Shown here: piece after piece, positions 8,417-18,208 of the stretch | How the letters are laid out: each line of letters begins with the position of its first letter | Position numbering within the stretch: position 1 is the stretch's first letter | Origin: a virus | Lineage: Duplodnaviria > Caudoviricetes | Length of the DNA: 53,162 nucleotides | Virus record (IMG/VR): IMGVR_UViG_3300024323_000009 | Span: 1 to 53,162 of that record | Reading direction: 5' to 3' (one strand) | Made by a program: the position numbers and the translations under genes | The notes under the pieces: model-generated | What the model saw: the letters and a program-made list of their open reading frames with translations, nothing else | The model's database searches: none | What the model was told of the DNA's origin: nothing

Positions 8417-9635
8417 GGGCGGGAATGGTGGCACTACCACTACTACGGAGCCTCCGGCTTCTGCTACCACACTCACTCCTGACCAACAGAAGATAGCCTC
8501 GGCAGTTGAGAAGGTAGCAGCAGCGGAGCCATCACCAGCGCCACGAACTAGCACTACGCCTAAGATCACCAAGCCACTAGTACCCACAGGTGTTCCAGAC
8601 GATGTGTTGAAGATCAACTTTGGGATGGATGATAATGATGTTTTGTCCACACTTGAACAGGAGCAAGAGGTTCCAGTTAAGAAGGAGGGTGAGAAGAAAG
8701 TAGAGCCGAAGGTTGAGGCTAAAGTCGAGCCAAAGAAAGATGAAAAAGCTCCCACCGAAGATGGTATCATTCGGCCCAAAGCCGCGCAACAGCGCCAACA
8801 GCAACAGCAACAGCAACCCGACTCGCGTGACTATAACGGATTCGATGCTGAGACAGTTGCCGCGTTGAAGAGGATGCCGAACGAGTCGTATAACGTAGTG
8901 CATAAGCAGTTGCGAGAGTTCGAGCAGTTGAAACAACAGAAGGTGGGTAGTTACTTGCAGCATCCACAAGCTTATACTTTGAGTCCCGAGTATGCTCAAG
9001 CGTCGGCAATGGTAGGACAAGCTGAATACGAGATACAGCATTACGAACAGCAATTACTAAATATCCGCGCCGGTAAAGACTGGACTGTCCTCACTGGCTT
9101 CGATCAGAAGACTGGTCAACCAATAGTATCTCCGGCGCAGAAAGCTAGTGACGAGTCGGATATACGAGTAGCGAACACCCTCTCTCAACTCTCGCAACAA
9201 GCCGAACAGTTCCGGCGTCAACGCTCTGATATAACCGCGAACTTCCAGAAGCGTATTGAAGCCGAGAACCAGATGATTAACCAAGTCAGGGCGCAACGGT
9301 TCGGATGGGTAGCTGACCCCAAAACTCTTGATGATACTGTCGAGGTTGTGATTAAGGGTACTCCTACTCCCATTCCTATCAAGCAGGTCATCGCTGACTT
9401 TAAGAACTTATTCCCTCCTCACCATCACGCATCACCTATCCTCGATGTTGCTGCTGATATGTTCGTAGCTATGCAGATCAAAGAACAGGAGAACCGCGAA
9501 CTACGAAGTAAGACCGAGACTCAATCGCGGTTGCGAGAAGACTCGGACGCTGCTGAGATTAACGTCGAGACTGCTAGTAACGGAGCACCTAATAAGGGTG
9601 AGACTGTGTTTGATATGGCAGGGTTGGAGGACTAG
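8367..9635 (+). CDS. Putative capsid scaffolding protein
   Basis: Low-complexity N-terminus plus coiled coils, immediately upstream of the capsid gene. Confidence 0.65.
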   Translation: MTLNASSQRLLDPTPVEGGNGGTTTTTEPPASATTLTPDQQKIASAVEKVAAAEPSPAPRTSTTPKITKPLVPTGVPDDVLKINFGMDDNDVLSTLEQEQEVPVKKEGEKKVEPKVEAKVEPKKDEKAPTEDGIIRPKAAQQRQQQQQQQPDSRDYNGFDAETVAALKRMPNESYNVVHKQLREFEQLKQQKVGSYLQHPQAYTLSPEYAQASAMVGQAEYEIQHYEQQLLNIRAGKDWTVLTGFDQKTGQPIVSPAQKASDESDIRVANTLSQLSQQAEQFRRQRSDITANFQKRIEAENQMINQVRAQRFGWVADPKTLDDTVEVVIKGTPTPIPIKQVIADFKNLFPPHHHASPILDVAADMFVAMQIKEQENRELRSKTETQSRLREDSDAAEINVETASNGAPNKGETVFDMAGLED

Positions 9636-9655
9636 CATTGCTAGTAACTCAGTCT

Positions 9656-9671
9656 TGGCACGAATCTTGCT
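9656..9671 (+). promoter_or_regulatory. sigma54 promoter C, major capsid gene
   Basis: TGGCACGAATCTTGCT is a perfect match to TGGCACG-N4-TTGCW. Intergenic, 145 nt upstream of the capsid ATG. Confidence 0.92.
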
Positions 9672-9699
9672 AATACCCAAGTAGTTCGGCGCTCGACGC

Positions 9700-9759
9700 C
9701 ATTGCTTCTAGTCGTAGTAAGGGCATACTACATTGCTTCTGAAGTAGAAGGGCATCTAC
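9700..9759 (+). repeat. Tandem repeat of CATTGCTTCT plus a hairpin with AGGGCA loop, in the capsid 5' leader
   Basis: GTAGTA-AGGGCA-TACTAC (9714-9731) and GTAGA-AGGGCA-TCTAC (9744-9759). Confidence 0.8.
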
Positions 9760-9816
9760 AGCGATAACAGGCTGTCTGTTATACTGTCAGATAACTTTTT
9801 ACAACAGGACAATTAA

Positions 9817-11097
9817 ATGCCAAATTACTATGAGCAGCCTGCTTCCTTCGCTAATGCGATTGTGGAAGATAAGGACCGCTTCCAGAAACTTCCCTTCTAT
9901 CTCGTCAAAAACGAACTCGAAGTGTTCCCACGCTGGAATATCTTCGATCAACTCTATGGTAACATCTCATGGGAACCCAACATGGGTAACACCATGCGAG
10001 CAGTTACGCCGCAGAAAAGCCCAGTAGCTAACTCATTCGCGTTCCCTAACAATATCGACGTTCTCCCTAATAAGAACGTCTATCAGGTTACGGAGTCGAG
10101 CGAAGACGCGAGAGTAAAGGCGCAGCGGTTCGAGTCACAGCAATTCTCGTTTGTTCCCTACTTCACGTCGTTCTGGCGCGATCACTTACAGTTTGCGAAC
10201 CGTGATATTGCGACGCAGATTCAGAACTATAACAATCAGTTCATACGAACGAATATGCTGGCGAAGAGCAACTATGCTTATATCGCCGGTAAGGGACTCA
10301 TCGGGCAAGCTCCTACTGCGGACCTTGGCACTGTTACTACGGATGCGAATGGTAACACGTTGACAGCAGCCGCAAACTCTAAGACCTCCGCATGGTTCGC
10401 TGCACAAGCCGCACTCATTAAGAACAATCTCTCGCTCCGGGATGTGTATAACGCGATGCTCAGCCATACGGAAGACCTCGCTGCTCCACCGTTCGATGGC
10501 GTGAAGAATATGCCTACTGACAATGAAGGACTGAAAGGGAAGTATGTCATTGTTGGTAGCACAGAAGCGTGGGCAGCATTTCCCTACGACCCTGATACTA
10601 ATCTCCTCAAGAGCTTGGAACAGAATATCCTGTTCAAAGACTTCACTGGGCTGTTGTTCGGCAAGGTGACGTGGAAGTTTGACCGCTATCCTCTGCGGTT
10701 CGATGCTACTGGCGCATTCATTGCTCCCGAAGCGTATGATGACACGGTGAAGAAGTGCATTCCTAATCCGAACTACACTTCGTTGCTCACTGCACCCTAC
10801 GAAATCGCATGGATGCTCGGACAAGACGCCTGCAAGACGATCAAAGTCGGACCTCCACCGAAAGAGTTCGCTGCTACTAGCATGGCTGCGAAGAAGTTCT
10901 ACTCTCTCAAGTGGAATGGTGAGATTCAGCTTACCGATCAAGTGTTGATTACCTACGCGGATGGCACTACTGACCTCAACACCTACGGCACTCAGTTGAA
11001 GTTCATCTCGCAATGCACTCACGGCTACCTTACTGGTGAGCCTCGCTATGCGTTCCCCATTCTGTTCAAGCGCGCTCGTCCGGCGTTGGCAGTCTAA
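9817..11097 (+). CDS. Major capsid protein
   Basis: 426 aa after the scaffold, with a dedicated promoter. Call rests on position and size. Confidence 0.8.
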   Translation: MPNYYEQPASFANAIVEDKDRFQKLPFYLVKNELEVFPRWNIFDQLYGNISWEPNMGNTMRAVTPQKSPVANSFAFPNNIDVLPNKNVYQVTESSEDARVKAQRFESQQFSFVPYFTSFWRDHLQFANRDIATQIQNYNNQFIRTNMLAKSNYAYIAGKGLIGQAPTADLGTVTTDANGNTLTAAANSKTSAWFAAQAALIKNNLSLRDVYNAMLSHTEDLAAPPFDGVKNMPTDNEGLKGKYVIVGSTEAWAAFPYDPDTNLLKSLEQNILFKDFTGLLFGKVTWKFDRYPLRFDATGAFIAPEAYDDTVKKCIPNPNYTSLLTAPYEIAWMLGQDACKTIKVGPPPKEFAATSMAAKKFYSLKWNGEIQLTDQVLITYADGTTDLNTYGTQLKFISQCTHGYLTGEPRYAFPILFKRARPALAV

Positions 11098-11138
11098 CCA
11101 CTAACGATAACCTTTTATACAAAGAAAGATATAAGACA

Positions 11139-11660
11139 ATGAAAAAACTTATCGCTATTATCGCACTCCTTGGAGCGTCACTTGCATCCTATGGAGCTTC
11201 CACCACCATCAACACTCCCGCAGGTGTTACTCCTACCATCTTGGTGAGTAACTCTTGTAGGAGTGTCCAGTTCATCATCTCAAACACGAACTTGATCGCT
11301 AATGCGTATCATACGTTCTTCGATGCACCGGCAGTTACGACAACAACTACACCAGCAACAGCAGGTGCGGCGATTACCAATGTGCTCGCTAGCTATACCT
11401 ATGTGTCGTTGACGTTCTCGCACATTACGAACGTATACACTTACTACACTGGCGTAGCTCAAACTACGAACGTGCAGTATGATGCATGGACTCACACGAC
11501 TAATACCGTGGCACAGACAACAAATGGTTATCCGGCGTTGTTAACCCTAGTAGTGCCTACCAACTCCACACTGACGATTGACTTCAATCAGCGTTGGATT
11601 AACGGCATTCTCAATACTAACTCTGGGGCAGGTAGTGTAACTACCGTCTTCACCCAGTAA
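11139..11660 (+). CDS. Signal-peptide-bearing Thr/Asn-rich beta protein co-transcribed with the capsid gene
   Basis: MKKLIAIIALLGASLASYGA is a Sec-type signal. A terminator follows the gene. Confidence 0.75.
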   Translation: MKKLIAIIALLGASLASYGASTTINTPAGVTPTILVSNSCRSVQFIISNTNLIANAYHTFFDAPAVTTTTTPATAGAAITNVLASYTYVSLTFSHITNVYTYYTGVAQTTNVQYDAWTHTTNTVAQTTNGYPALLTLVVPTNSTLTIDFNQRWINGILNTNSGAGSVTTVFTQ

Positions 11661-11678
11661 GGAGGGGCTTGGTTTGGG

Positions 11679-11718
11679 GGCACTCACTGACACCTTGTAG
11701 TTGGTGAGTGCCTTTTCT
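11679..11718 (+). terminator. Rho-independent terminator closing the capsid transcript
   Basis: GGCACTCACTGAC-loop-GTTGGTGAGTGCC followed by TTTTCT. Confidence 0.75.
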
Positions 11719-11760
11719 CCTTTAAGTGAATGATTAGAAGAAAGGAACGATAATAGTAAT

Positions 11761-12090
11761 ATGATAAATGTTGCACTAGCAGTTGAGGGTCTAAGCCCAA
11801 CAGCGCCGAATATAGTAGCGGGGAATGCAGGGCAGACGAAGGATGTGCTCACAGATAGGACTGGCGATGACCGCACAGACAAGCAACTCGCGTATAGGTT
11901 TATCCAGAACCTTGATGCTAATAATGACCTCTACTACGCGATGGGTACAGACTGCACTACCAATCAAAACAACTATCATGGTATTATACCTCCGAAGACT
12001 CAGTTGAGTGTGCCGACGAAACAACGAGTGTCGTGTTTTGCACCGGGAGCATGGACAGCGGCGGTCCTAGAGTTGCATCGAGTGAGATAG
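11761..12090 (+). CDS. Small beta-rich virion-module protein
   Basis: 109-aa ORF, assigned by position. Confidence 0.65.
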   Translation: MINVALAVEGLSPTAPNIVAGNAGQTKDVLTDRTGDDRTDKQLAYRFIQNLDANNDLYYAMGTDCTTNQNNYHGIIPPKTQLSVPTKQRVSCFAPGAWTAAVLELHRVR

Positions 12091-12091
12091 T

Positions 12092-13798
12092 ATGAAACGA
12101 TTTTTCTTGTTTCCATTATTAGTAACACTATCCACTAGTGCTCAGTTAGGACCAACGCCGATTATTAGTGGAGGCAACACTGCTCCAAAAGTTCTTGCTA
12201 GAGGCATAGTGTATCGCAACGGTTCTGCTATCAATAACTTCGAGTCTGCTTTTAGTGGTTCTAGCGTTGGAGATTCATTTATTCTTGGGCCGGGAGTCTT
12301 CTGCATGACTAATCAAATAGTTATGAAGAACAACCAAAGTATCATAGGATATGACCCTATTCAGACAGCAGTGATATTTGCTGGTGGGCAGTATTCGTCG
12401 AACAATAATGGACTTTGGACTGGTATTGAGTTAGCCACTAATGTGTATCTAGCTAACTTTAGTATTTATGCCACTAATTGGCAAGCAAACTTTTTCGCTG
12501 CTTGTATTGGTGGTAGCACAGGCGGGAAGGGTTTTAGCAATGCAGTTGTTCAGAATGTGTGGATGTATGGAGATACTGATAACTTTTATGTGGATAACAC
12601 ATTCCATGCTGATGGAACGTTAAATAACTGTCGGTTCTATTCGCAGTGGGACACATTAGCAGTCAATACGAGTGGACACCCCGGAAGTATTATTCGGGTT
12701 AATAATAGCACGTTCAATAATCTTGGTCCTAGTGTAAGTAGCCCATCGTCACCTGCTGTTTGCCTTAGAAATAGTAATGCGCGAACTGCCTTAATTTTGA
12801 ATAACTGTGACTTTACTTCTAGTCAGTATATAGGTAGTGGGGGTAATATGCGCTTAATGCACTGTAGAATAAACACTACGAATCAACTTGCTTTCTATAA
12901 CAATATAACTCTGTTGCCATTATACTTTGAAGACGTTAACATTATACCTCTACAGATAGACGCTTCTGCTAATAACAATATGTCTAGTTATGTGCAGATA
13001 AATAACTCGTCTAGTAACTTCGTTGCTCAATCACTAGGAGGAATAGGAACGCCGTCTTACGGTTGGAATATCGAAGACACAAATAGATTTCCACAGGTAG
13101 GACTAGGACAGATTTACTTTGATAACACTACAAAGGGACTACGTATTTTTAATGGTATAGAATGGCAAGCCTTGACTCCTGCTATGGATACTAATAAAGC
13201 TGTATTGAGCGGACGTGGAGATGCTTATGATGGAGTGTATAAACAGGATAGCTACGTGGTTGATGCTTTGCCGGGTGTATCGTGGACTAATCGAGATGGT
13301 GTTTTCTTTATGTTCACAACGAATGCGAACGCAGATGGTGTAGTTGGTATTAGTGCTACTAAAAGCATGATTAGTGGGGCTGAGATAGATTTAGGAGGTG
13401 TGAATATAGATAACACACATTACGCCCTTGCACCAAAAGGCTCATGGGCAAATACACCTACTACACTTACTTTTGCAGATAAGACTACTTTAAGTAATGC
13501 AGTATTAGTAATAGGAACAGCTTATACTAATCAGACAGGAAAAGTGCAAACAATTTGTGGGCTGAACGGGACGGCGACAGTTGCCGCAGTTAGTGGAAAA
13601 TGCACAATACAGTTAGAATTATCTGACTGCTTCACAAATGAAGTCTTTTCTATGCCAACCACAGCGAGTAGTATTACTGGAACTTACACGAATGCGTTAC
13701 CAACTATTATGGTGCCATCAGGCAGTAGATATTTATTTAAGAACACTAGCACTGGCACAGGAAACTCCACAGCACTCGCAAATGGTCAACGTCTCTAA
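12092..13798 (+). CDS. Signal-peptide-bearing beta-helix (pectate-lyase-like) protein, possible tailspike/depolymerase
   Basis: MKRFFLFPLLVTLSTSAQ leader, GDSFILGPGVF beta-helix-cap-like motif, and Asn-rich repeats (NNCRF, NNSTF, NNCDF). Confidence 0.6.
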   Translation: MKRFFLFPLLVTLSTSAQLGPTPIISGGNTAPKVLARGIVYRNGSAINNFESAFSGSSVGDSFILGPGVFCMTNQIVMKNNQSIIGYDPIQTAVIFAGGQYSSNNNGLWTGIELATNVYLANFSIYATNWQANFFAACIGGSTGGKGFSNAVVQNVWMYGDTDNFYVDNTFHADGTLNNCRFYSQWDTLAVNTSGHPGSIIRVNNSTFNNLGPSVSSPSSPAVCLRNSNARTALILNNCDFTSSQYIGSGGNMRLMHCRINTTNQLAFYNNITLLPLYFEDVNIIPLQIDASANNNMSSYVQINNSSSNFVAQSLGGIGTPSYGWNIEDTNRFPQVGLGQIYFDNTTKGLRIFNGIEWQALTPAMDTNKAVLSGRGDAYDGVYKQDSYVVDALPGVSWTNRDGVFFMFTTNANADGVVGISATKSMISGAEIDLGGVNIDNTHYALAPKGSWANTPTTLTFADKTTLSNAVLVIGTAYTNQTGKVQTICGLNGTATVAAVSGKCTIQLELSDCFTNEVFSMPTTASSITGTYTNALPTIMVPSGSRYLFKNTSTGTGNSTALANGQRL

Positions 13799-13806
13799 TC
13801 ACTAGA

Positions 13807-14235
13807 ATGTCCAACTCTCTCACCACCATCCCCGGCACTAACATTGACGTTGGGCACTTAACTACATTCCTAGAGAGTCTCTATGGAATGCCGAAGGTAG
13901 GGCTAGTCCTGATATTTTGCACTGCATTCTGTTTGTGGTTGCACTTCTTCATCAAGAAGATGCCATTCATACCCAACTACGTCATTCCTATCGCAGTTCC
14001 ATGTATAGTGCCATTCATCGGCGCTATCCTACTCATCGCTTGCCAAGACTTTCAGGATAGCAAGATTAAGACATTTGGCTCATTCATCTTCATCAATGGG
14101 ATGATCGGCTTCGTATCTGGGACAGTTTCAACGATGGTATATTACTTTGCGTTGCTGCCTGCCATCCGCAAGTTCCGTCCTCGCACGAATGGAGGACTAG
14201 ATGATACGACAACATTTACAGCTAAGAGTAATTAG
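13807..14235 (+). CDS. Three-TM membrane protein (holin candidate)
   Basis: Three hydrophobic segments and a charged C-terminal tail. Confidence 0.55.
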   Translation: MSNSLTTIPGTNIDVGHLTTFLESLYGMPKVGLVLIFCTAFCLWLHFFIKKMPFIPNYVIPIAVPCIVPFIGAILLIACQDFQDSKIKTFGSFIFINGMIGFVSGTVSTMVYYFALLPAIRKFRPRTNGGLDDTTTFTAKSN

Positions 14236-15645
14236 ATGACTTTATCGCTAGCTATGTTGTGTGGCGCAGTAGTCAGTGGCAATTTGCATGACGAGATTGG
14301 CACATATACGTCTCCTATTGTGCCGGTGTTTAATTCGCTGCCGACACCATTGATGACTAATGTGGTAGCTGTACTAGACGTGAATCGCAAAGCTAGTGCG
14401 GCGAACGGATTGTTTGCATCCTTTTGTGTGGGTGGACTCTATAGGGTGGATTTCGGTGACGTAAAGAGTGAGTTAATAATGGTGCCACTACACGACACGA
14501 ACACTTACCAGTATGTCGCAATGCGCGACAATGCGACGAATGTGACACTAGCAGCAGCGTGGTTGAATGGAGTGATGCAGACGAATATCTCATATGTGGA
14601 GGTGACTAATTCGCCGTGGGCTGACACGAACCTCACCACTATGATGAGCAACTCGCTATACTTGTCTATAGTCGCAGCAACGAATGGCTTTGTAAGTGCT
14701 TCTCAGACTAACATCTCATATACTGTGGTGACTAATGCGCCGTGGTTACAGACTAACGGTAACGGTAGTGCATTGACAGGCTTCACTAGTAATCAGTTGC
14801 CGGGAATTAGTGCAACGGGGATTGTTAGTGGGACATTGCAGGGGACATTGATACCAACAAGTGTGACGAATGGAGCAGCGTGGCTAAGTGCTAATCAAAC
14901 TTTTAGTGGTGTCAATACTTATTTAACTAGCAATCTATTCAATCAGTCCGTCATGGTGAGTAATTCAACCAGTGCAGCAGGTGTTCAGCTAAACACGAAT
15001 GGAACAATTAAGGCTACTGGAGCAATAACTACGGGGAGTACTATCTCAAGTGGTGGAGCAATAAAAGCAACTGCGGGAGAGGTTATAGCAACCGCTTCAG
15101 GCTCAAGTGCTGGTGGTTCTAGTGGAGACTTAGAGGCTGTTAGGAGTGGAACGGCTGGCGCTTTGTGGCTCGGGAGTGATGGTAACTGTTATATTTTTAG
15201 AAGTAGTGGTGATATAAGTGTTCCTTCGACAATTACTACGTTCACTATGGGTTCGGTTGCGTCTTCTTTGAAATCAGTTGCGGTAACAGCGGCCAGCACT
15301 ATTCAAACAAACAACGCGGGATTCAACTTCTTCCCTGCCAATCCCGGCAACTGGGTAACGGCGTTAAACACTCGGACTACGAATGGAGTGCGTCGTGCTA
15401 CACTCGAAGTTGATATTTCATTCACTGATGCAGTTGGTGGAACACCAGTGGCACAAGTTGTGATTGAACATCAAGGCGTCATTACTAACACTTGGATTTC
15501 CTCAATGCCCGGTGGTATTTCATCCACGGTCACAAATCATTACTTCTATCGTTTGACGACCAATTCCGTTGTGAACATCACTGACATTTCTCGCGGGACA
15601 GGCGCAAGTGTTGGTATCTCTCAATCACAACTTACAAGCGAATGA
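14236..15645 (+). CDS. Tail fibre/receptor-binding-like protein
   Basis: T/N/G/S-rich, with an internal repeat (QTNISYVEVTNSPW / QTNISYTVVTNAPW) and an ANQTFSGVNT fibre-like motif. Confidence 0.55.
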   Translation: MTLSLAMLCGAVVSGNLHDEIGTYTSPIVPVFNSLPTPLMTNVVAVLDVNRKASAANGLFASFCVGGLYRVDFGDVKSELIMVPLHDTNTYQYVAMRDNATNVTLAAAWLNGVMQTNISYVEVTNSPWADTNLTTMMSNSLYLSIVAATNGFVSASQTNISYTVVTNAPWLQTNGNGSALTGFTSNQLPGISATGIVSGTLQGTLIPTSVTNGAAWLSANQTFSGVNTYLTSNLFNQSVMVSNSTSAAGVQLNTNGTIKATGAITTGSTISSGGAIKATAGEVIATASGSSAGGSSGDLEAVRSGTAGALWLGSDGNCYIFRSSGDISVPSTITTFTMGSVASSLKSVAVTAASTIQTNNAGFNFFPANPGNWVTALNTRTTNGVRRATLEVDISFTDAVGGTPVAQVVIEHQGVITNTWISSMPGGISSTVTNHYFYRLTTNSVVNITDISRGTGASVGISQSQLTSE

Positions 15646-15716
15646 AACGAAGAATCATAACTCTTCCTTGATAACAGTGAACCAATACAAACAAAAAGAA
15701 AGGCAATGATAGTAGT

Positions 15717-16265
15717 ATGAAGAAAGTAATTATTAGTATCCTACTTGGTAGCACATTAGTAGTCGGTGCCCAAACCAATAACACCGGTGTCACTGGTTTT
15801 GTCACTCAAGTGACACAGTGGATTGCGTCATTCAACACTAACTACGATGTGGCAATCGCAGCTTGTAAAATGCGGTTGTGGACAGGGGTGGACTCTGTGC
15901 AGGGTGGAAACGAATCGTTGGTGAATGAAATCGGCGTCTCCTACGATGCACTCACGAAGAACAAGGTGCTATCTCTAGAGGCAGTCGAGAGGAATGGAGG
16001 TGTTGCTGGCACACTAATATCGGTGCAAGGAGGCGCTAGTCTCAACTTCCTCGTCCATGACTTTATGCTTTCACTCTATTGCGATGGTGGCAAGTATATG
16101 GATAATATCGTGAGTGATAAAGGCAAGAAGAATGAGATGTTTGGTGAGATAGGTATTCGTGGGTTCAAAGCGTTGGGGCCGAACACCTACACAGGAGTAG
16201 GATTAGGAACACAGTTTCCCACGTCGAGACAGTTGTATATGGCATATGTTGGTATTCGGCTCTAA
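15717..16265 (+). CDS. Signal-peptide protein with an outer-membrane beta-barrel-like pattern
   Basis: MKKVIISILLGSTLVVGAQ leader and amphipathic strands ending YMAYVGIRL. Confidence 0.55.
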   Translation: MKKVIISILLGSTLVVGAQTNNTGVTGFVTQVTQWIASFNTNYDVAIAACKMRLWTGVDSVQGGNESLVNEIGVSYDALTKNKVLSLEAVERNGGVAGTLISVQGGASLNFLVHDFMLSLYCDGGKYMDNIVSDKGKKNEMFGEIGIRGFKALGPNTYTGVGLGTQFPTSRQLYMAYVGIRL

Positions 16266-16286
16266 TACTACTCAACTCTTAACTCT

Positions 16287-16385
16287 ATGATTCTCGGCAT
16301 CCTCCCATTACTCGAAGTTGGCGACGTGGCATTGCCTTTCGTTGCTGGCTTAGTGGTGGGAGTGATGCTTCTCTCCGTAGAGTAG
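16287..16385 (+). CDS. 32-aa hydrophobic peptide, not in the ORF track
   Basis: MILGILPLLEVGDVALPFVAGLVVGVMLLSVE fills the gap before 16387. Confidence 0.35.
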   Translation: MILGILPLLEVGDVALPFVAGLVVGVMLLSVE

Positions 16386-16386
16386 T

Positions 16387-17067
16387 ATGGGTACACCTAA
16401 TATCCAACAGCAGGGACCACCTACACTGAATAGGTGGTTGAATATCAATTCGGTGTTGAGGAATCAACGCGAGAGAGGCTCAGTGTTTGTGCCCACTGAC
16501 CAGCTAGAGCTTGCTAGTCATAATCTGTCTGCTGTGTGGAATGGTACGTTTAGCGATAAAGTAATACAGTTTAACTTCGCAGTGACTAACAACATTTCAC
16601 TATTGCGAAGTTCGTTCTTCAATACTGATGGCACTTTCAAACTACCTTTCGGAGATTTGATGCTTTGGAATGTGGCGCGACACAGCACTACTAAACCATA
16701 CCGTCCTACATTTCCGTTAAATCCTGTGGGATACGCATCAGTTGATAGATTTAGATTGAATAACGCTACAGATTATACTATCAATTTAGATGGAGATTAT
16801 ACTGGTCAAACACTAGGTTCTAGTTTCTCGATAGAAGCATGGACTACTCCGAGTTCGGATTTCCAGCTATCTCCGTCAACAGCAGTAGAGATTCTGACTT
16901 CGATACTGTCTCCTACTGTTGACGTTAGGACTAACGGTGCTAACTTTAATATTGCAACACACACCTCTTCCTATCAGCACTTCGAGAATACTAGCTTTAG
17001 CCAAGCAGGAGTAGGATGGGATTTACCTATGGCCTTTCCGCAGTATATCATTGACTTCACACTCTAA
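16387..17067 (+). CDS. Virion-module hypothetical protein
   Basis: 226-aa ORF, assigned by position. Confidence 0.65.
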   Translation: MGTPNIQQQGPPTLNRWLNINSVLRNQRERGSVFVPTDQLELASHNLSAVWNGTFSDKVIQFNFAVTNNISLLRSSFFNTDGTFKLPFGDLMLWNVARHSTTKPYRPTFPLNPVGYASVDRFRLNNATDYTINLDGDYTGQTLGSSFSIEAWTTPSSDFQLSPSTAVEILTSILSPTVDVRTNGANFNIATHTSSYQHFENTSFSQAGVGWDLPMAFPQYIIDFTL

Positions 17068-17082
17068 TAACCAAATAAAAAT

Positions 17083-18207
17083 ATGCCAGCCTCAGCACAA
17101 GATTTTATCGGTGGTTTTGACCCATCTGCCGCAGGGAGTATAACAGGACCGCAGTTACTCGCATTGATACAGTCGGGGACACCATATGGTGATAAGGGAC
17201 TTATCGTAGTTACGGCTGATGATGGTTCTGGTAATCCTGATGTGCCTAACGCAGTAGCTACGACAAAATGGCAAGCATATGTGTGGGTGCGGCACTTAGC
17301 GTCATCGGCGGTTGCCTACCTGTGGAACCCCGCTGCCGCTAGTGATGCAACATTCCTCAAGTGGCAGCAAATCAACGTTACTGGTATTGCGGATTTCTCT
17401 ATTACCAACCAGAAGATCGCTCCCGCAGCAGTAACAGACGACAAGATCACTAGTGTCTCATATGCGAAAGTGATAGGAGCGCCGACTGGACTACCACCTA
17501 CTGGTAACGCTGGTGGTGACTTGACCGGCGTATATCCTAATCCGACAGTTGCAGCGAATGCTATCACTTCGACGAAGTTGAGTAGTGATGCGGCAGTTGA
17601 TGCTAACCGAGCAGTCGGCGCTGACCACGTTAAGAATCAAGCGATTTCGCCACTACGCCATTTACTAGTAGGTGCCGCGTATCAGTATCCCCAGACGAAC
17701 TCGGGGGCTACTAACTACGAGTTTGTATATCCTGCGGTGTTGCAGAACTTATACAAAGCAACCACTGCTGCCGATAGCACCAACGTCTCCATTCCAGCAG
17801 ACGACACTATTCCACAAGTGACAGAGGGCAAGGAGTATATTTCTACCTCGATTACGATGAAGTCGGCGTCGTCGCTATTGCGAGTGCAGTTCTCAGGACG
17901 TGTATCGGATGGGACTAACACTACATCGGTTGTAGTCGCAGCGTTTGCCACCTATGCTGGCAGCACTAGCAACGCTATCCAAACAGCCTTCACTCATATT
18001 CCTACTGCTGGAACATCGCAGAACGTGATTATTGATATAGTAATTGCATCGCCGGGACTAGGAACAGTAGTGACAGTTGCGGTTAGGTTCGGCCCTGCTG
18101 GTGGTGGTTCGACTGCTTATATGAATCAACCTTCTACTGGGCACTTATATGGGGTGTCAGCGGGTAGTATTTTAACGGTTCAGGAAATGTTCGGAGTGCT
18201 CTCTTAA
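17083..18207 (+). CDS. Tail fibre-like protein
   Basis: Fibre-type motifs SITNQKIAPAAVTDDKI and AGGDLTGVYPNPTVAANAITSTKL. Confidence 0.65.
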   Translation: MPASAQDFIGGFDPSAAGSITGPQLLALIQSGTPYGDKGLIVVTADDGSGNPDVPNAVATTKWQAYVWVRHLASSAVAYLWNPAAASDATFLKWQQINVTGIADFSITNQKIAPAAVTDDKITSVSYAKVIGAPTGLPPTGNAGGDLTGVYPNPTVAANAITSTKLSSDAAVDANRAVGADHVKNQAISPLRHLLVGAAYQYPQTNSGATNYEFVYPAVLQNLYKATTAADSTNVSIPADDTIPQVTEGKEYISTSITMKSASSLLRVQFSGRVSDGTNTTSVVVAAFATYAGSTSNAIQTAFTHIPTAGTSQNVIIDIVIASPGLGTVVTVAVRFGPAGGGSTAYMNQPSTGHLYGVSAGSILTVQEMFGVLS

Positions 18208-18208
18208 T

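Noticed and set aside
10186-11022. 278-aa antisense ORF, and similar antisense ORFs in the track
   Set aside because: Shadows of the capsid and other real genes, with no motifs or expression signals.
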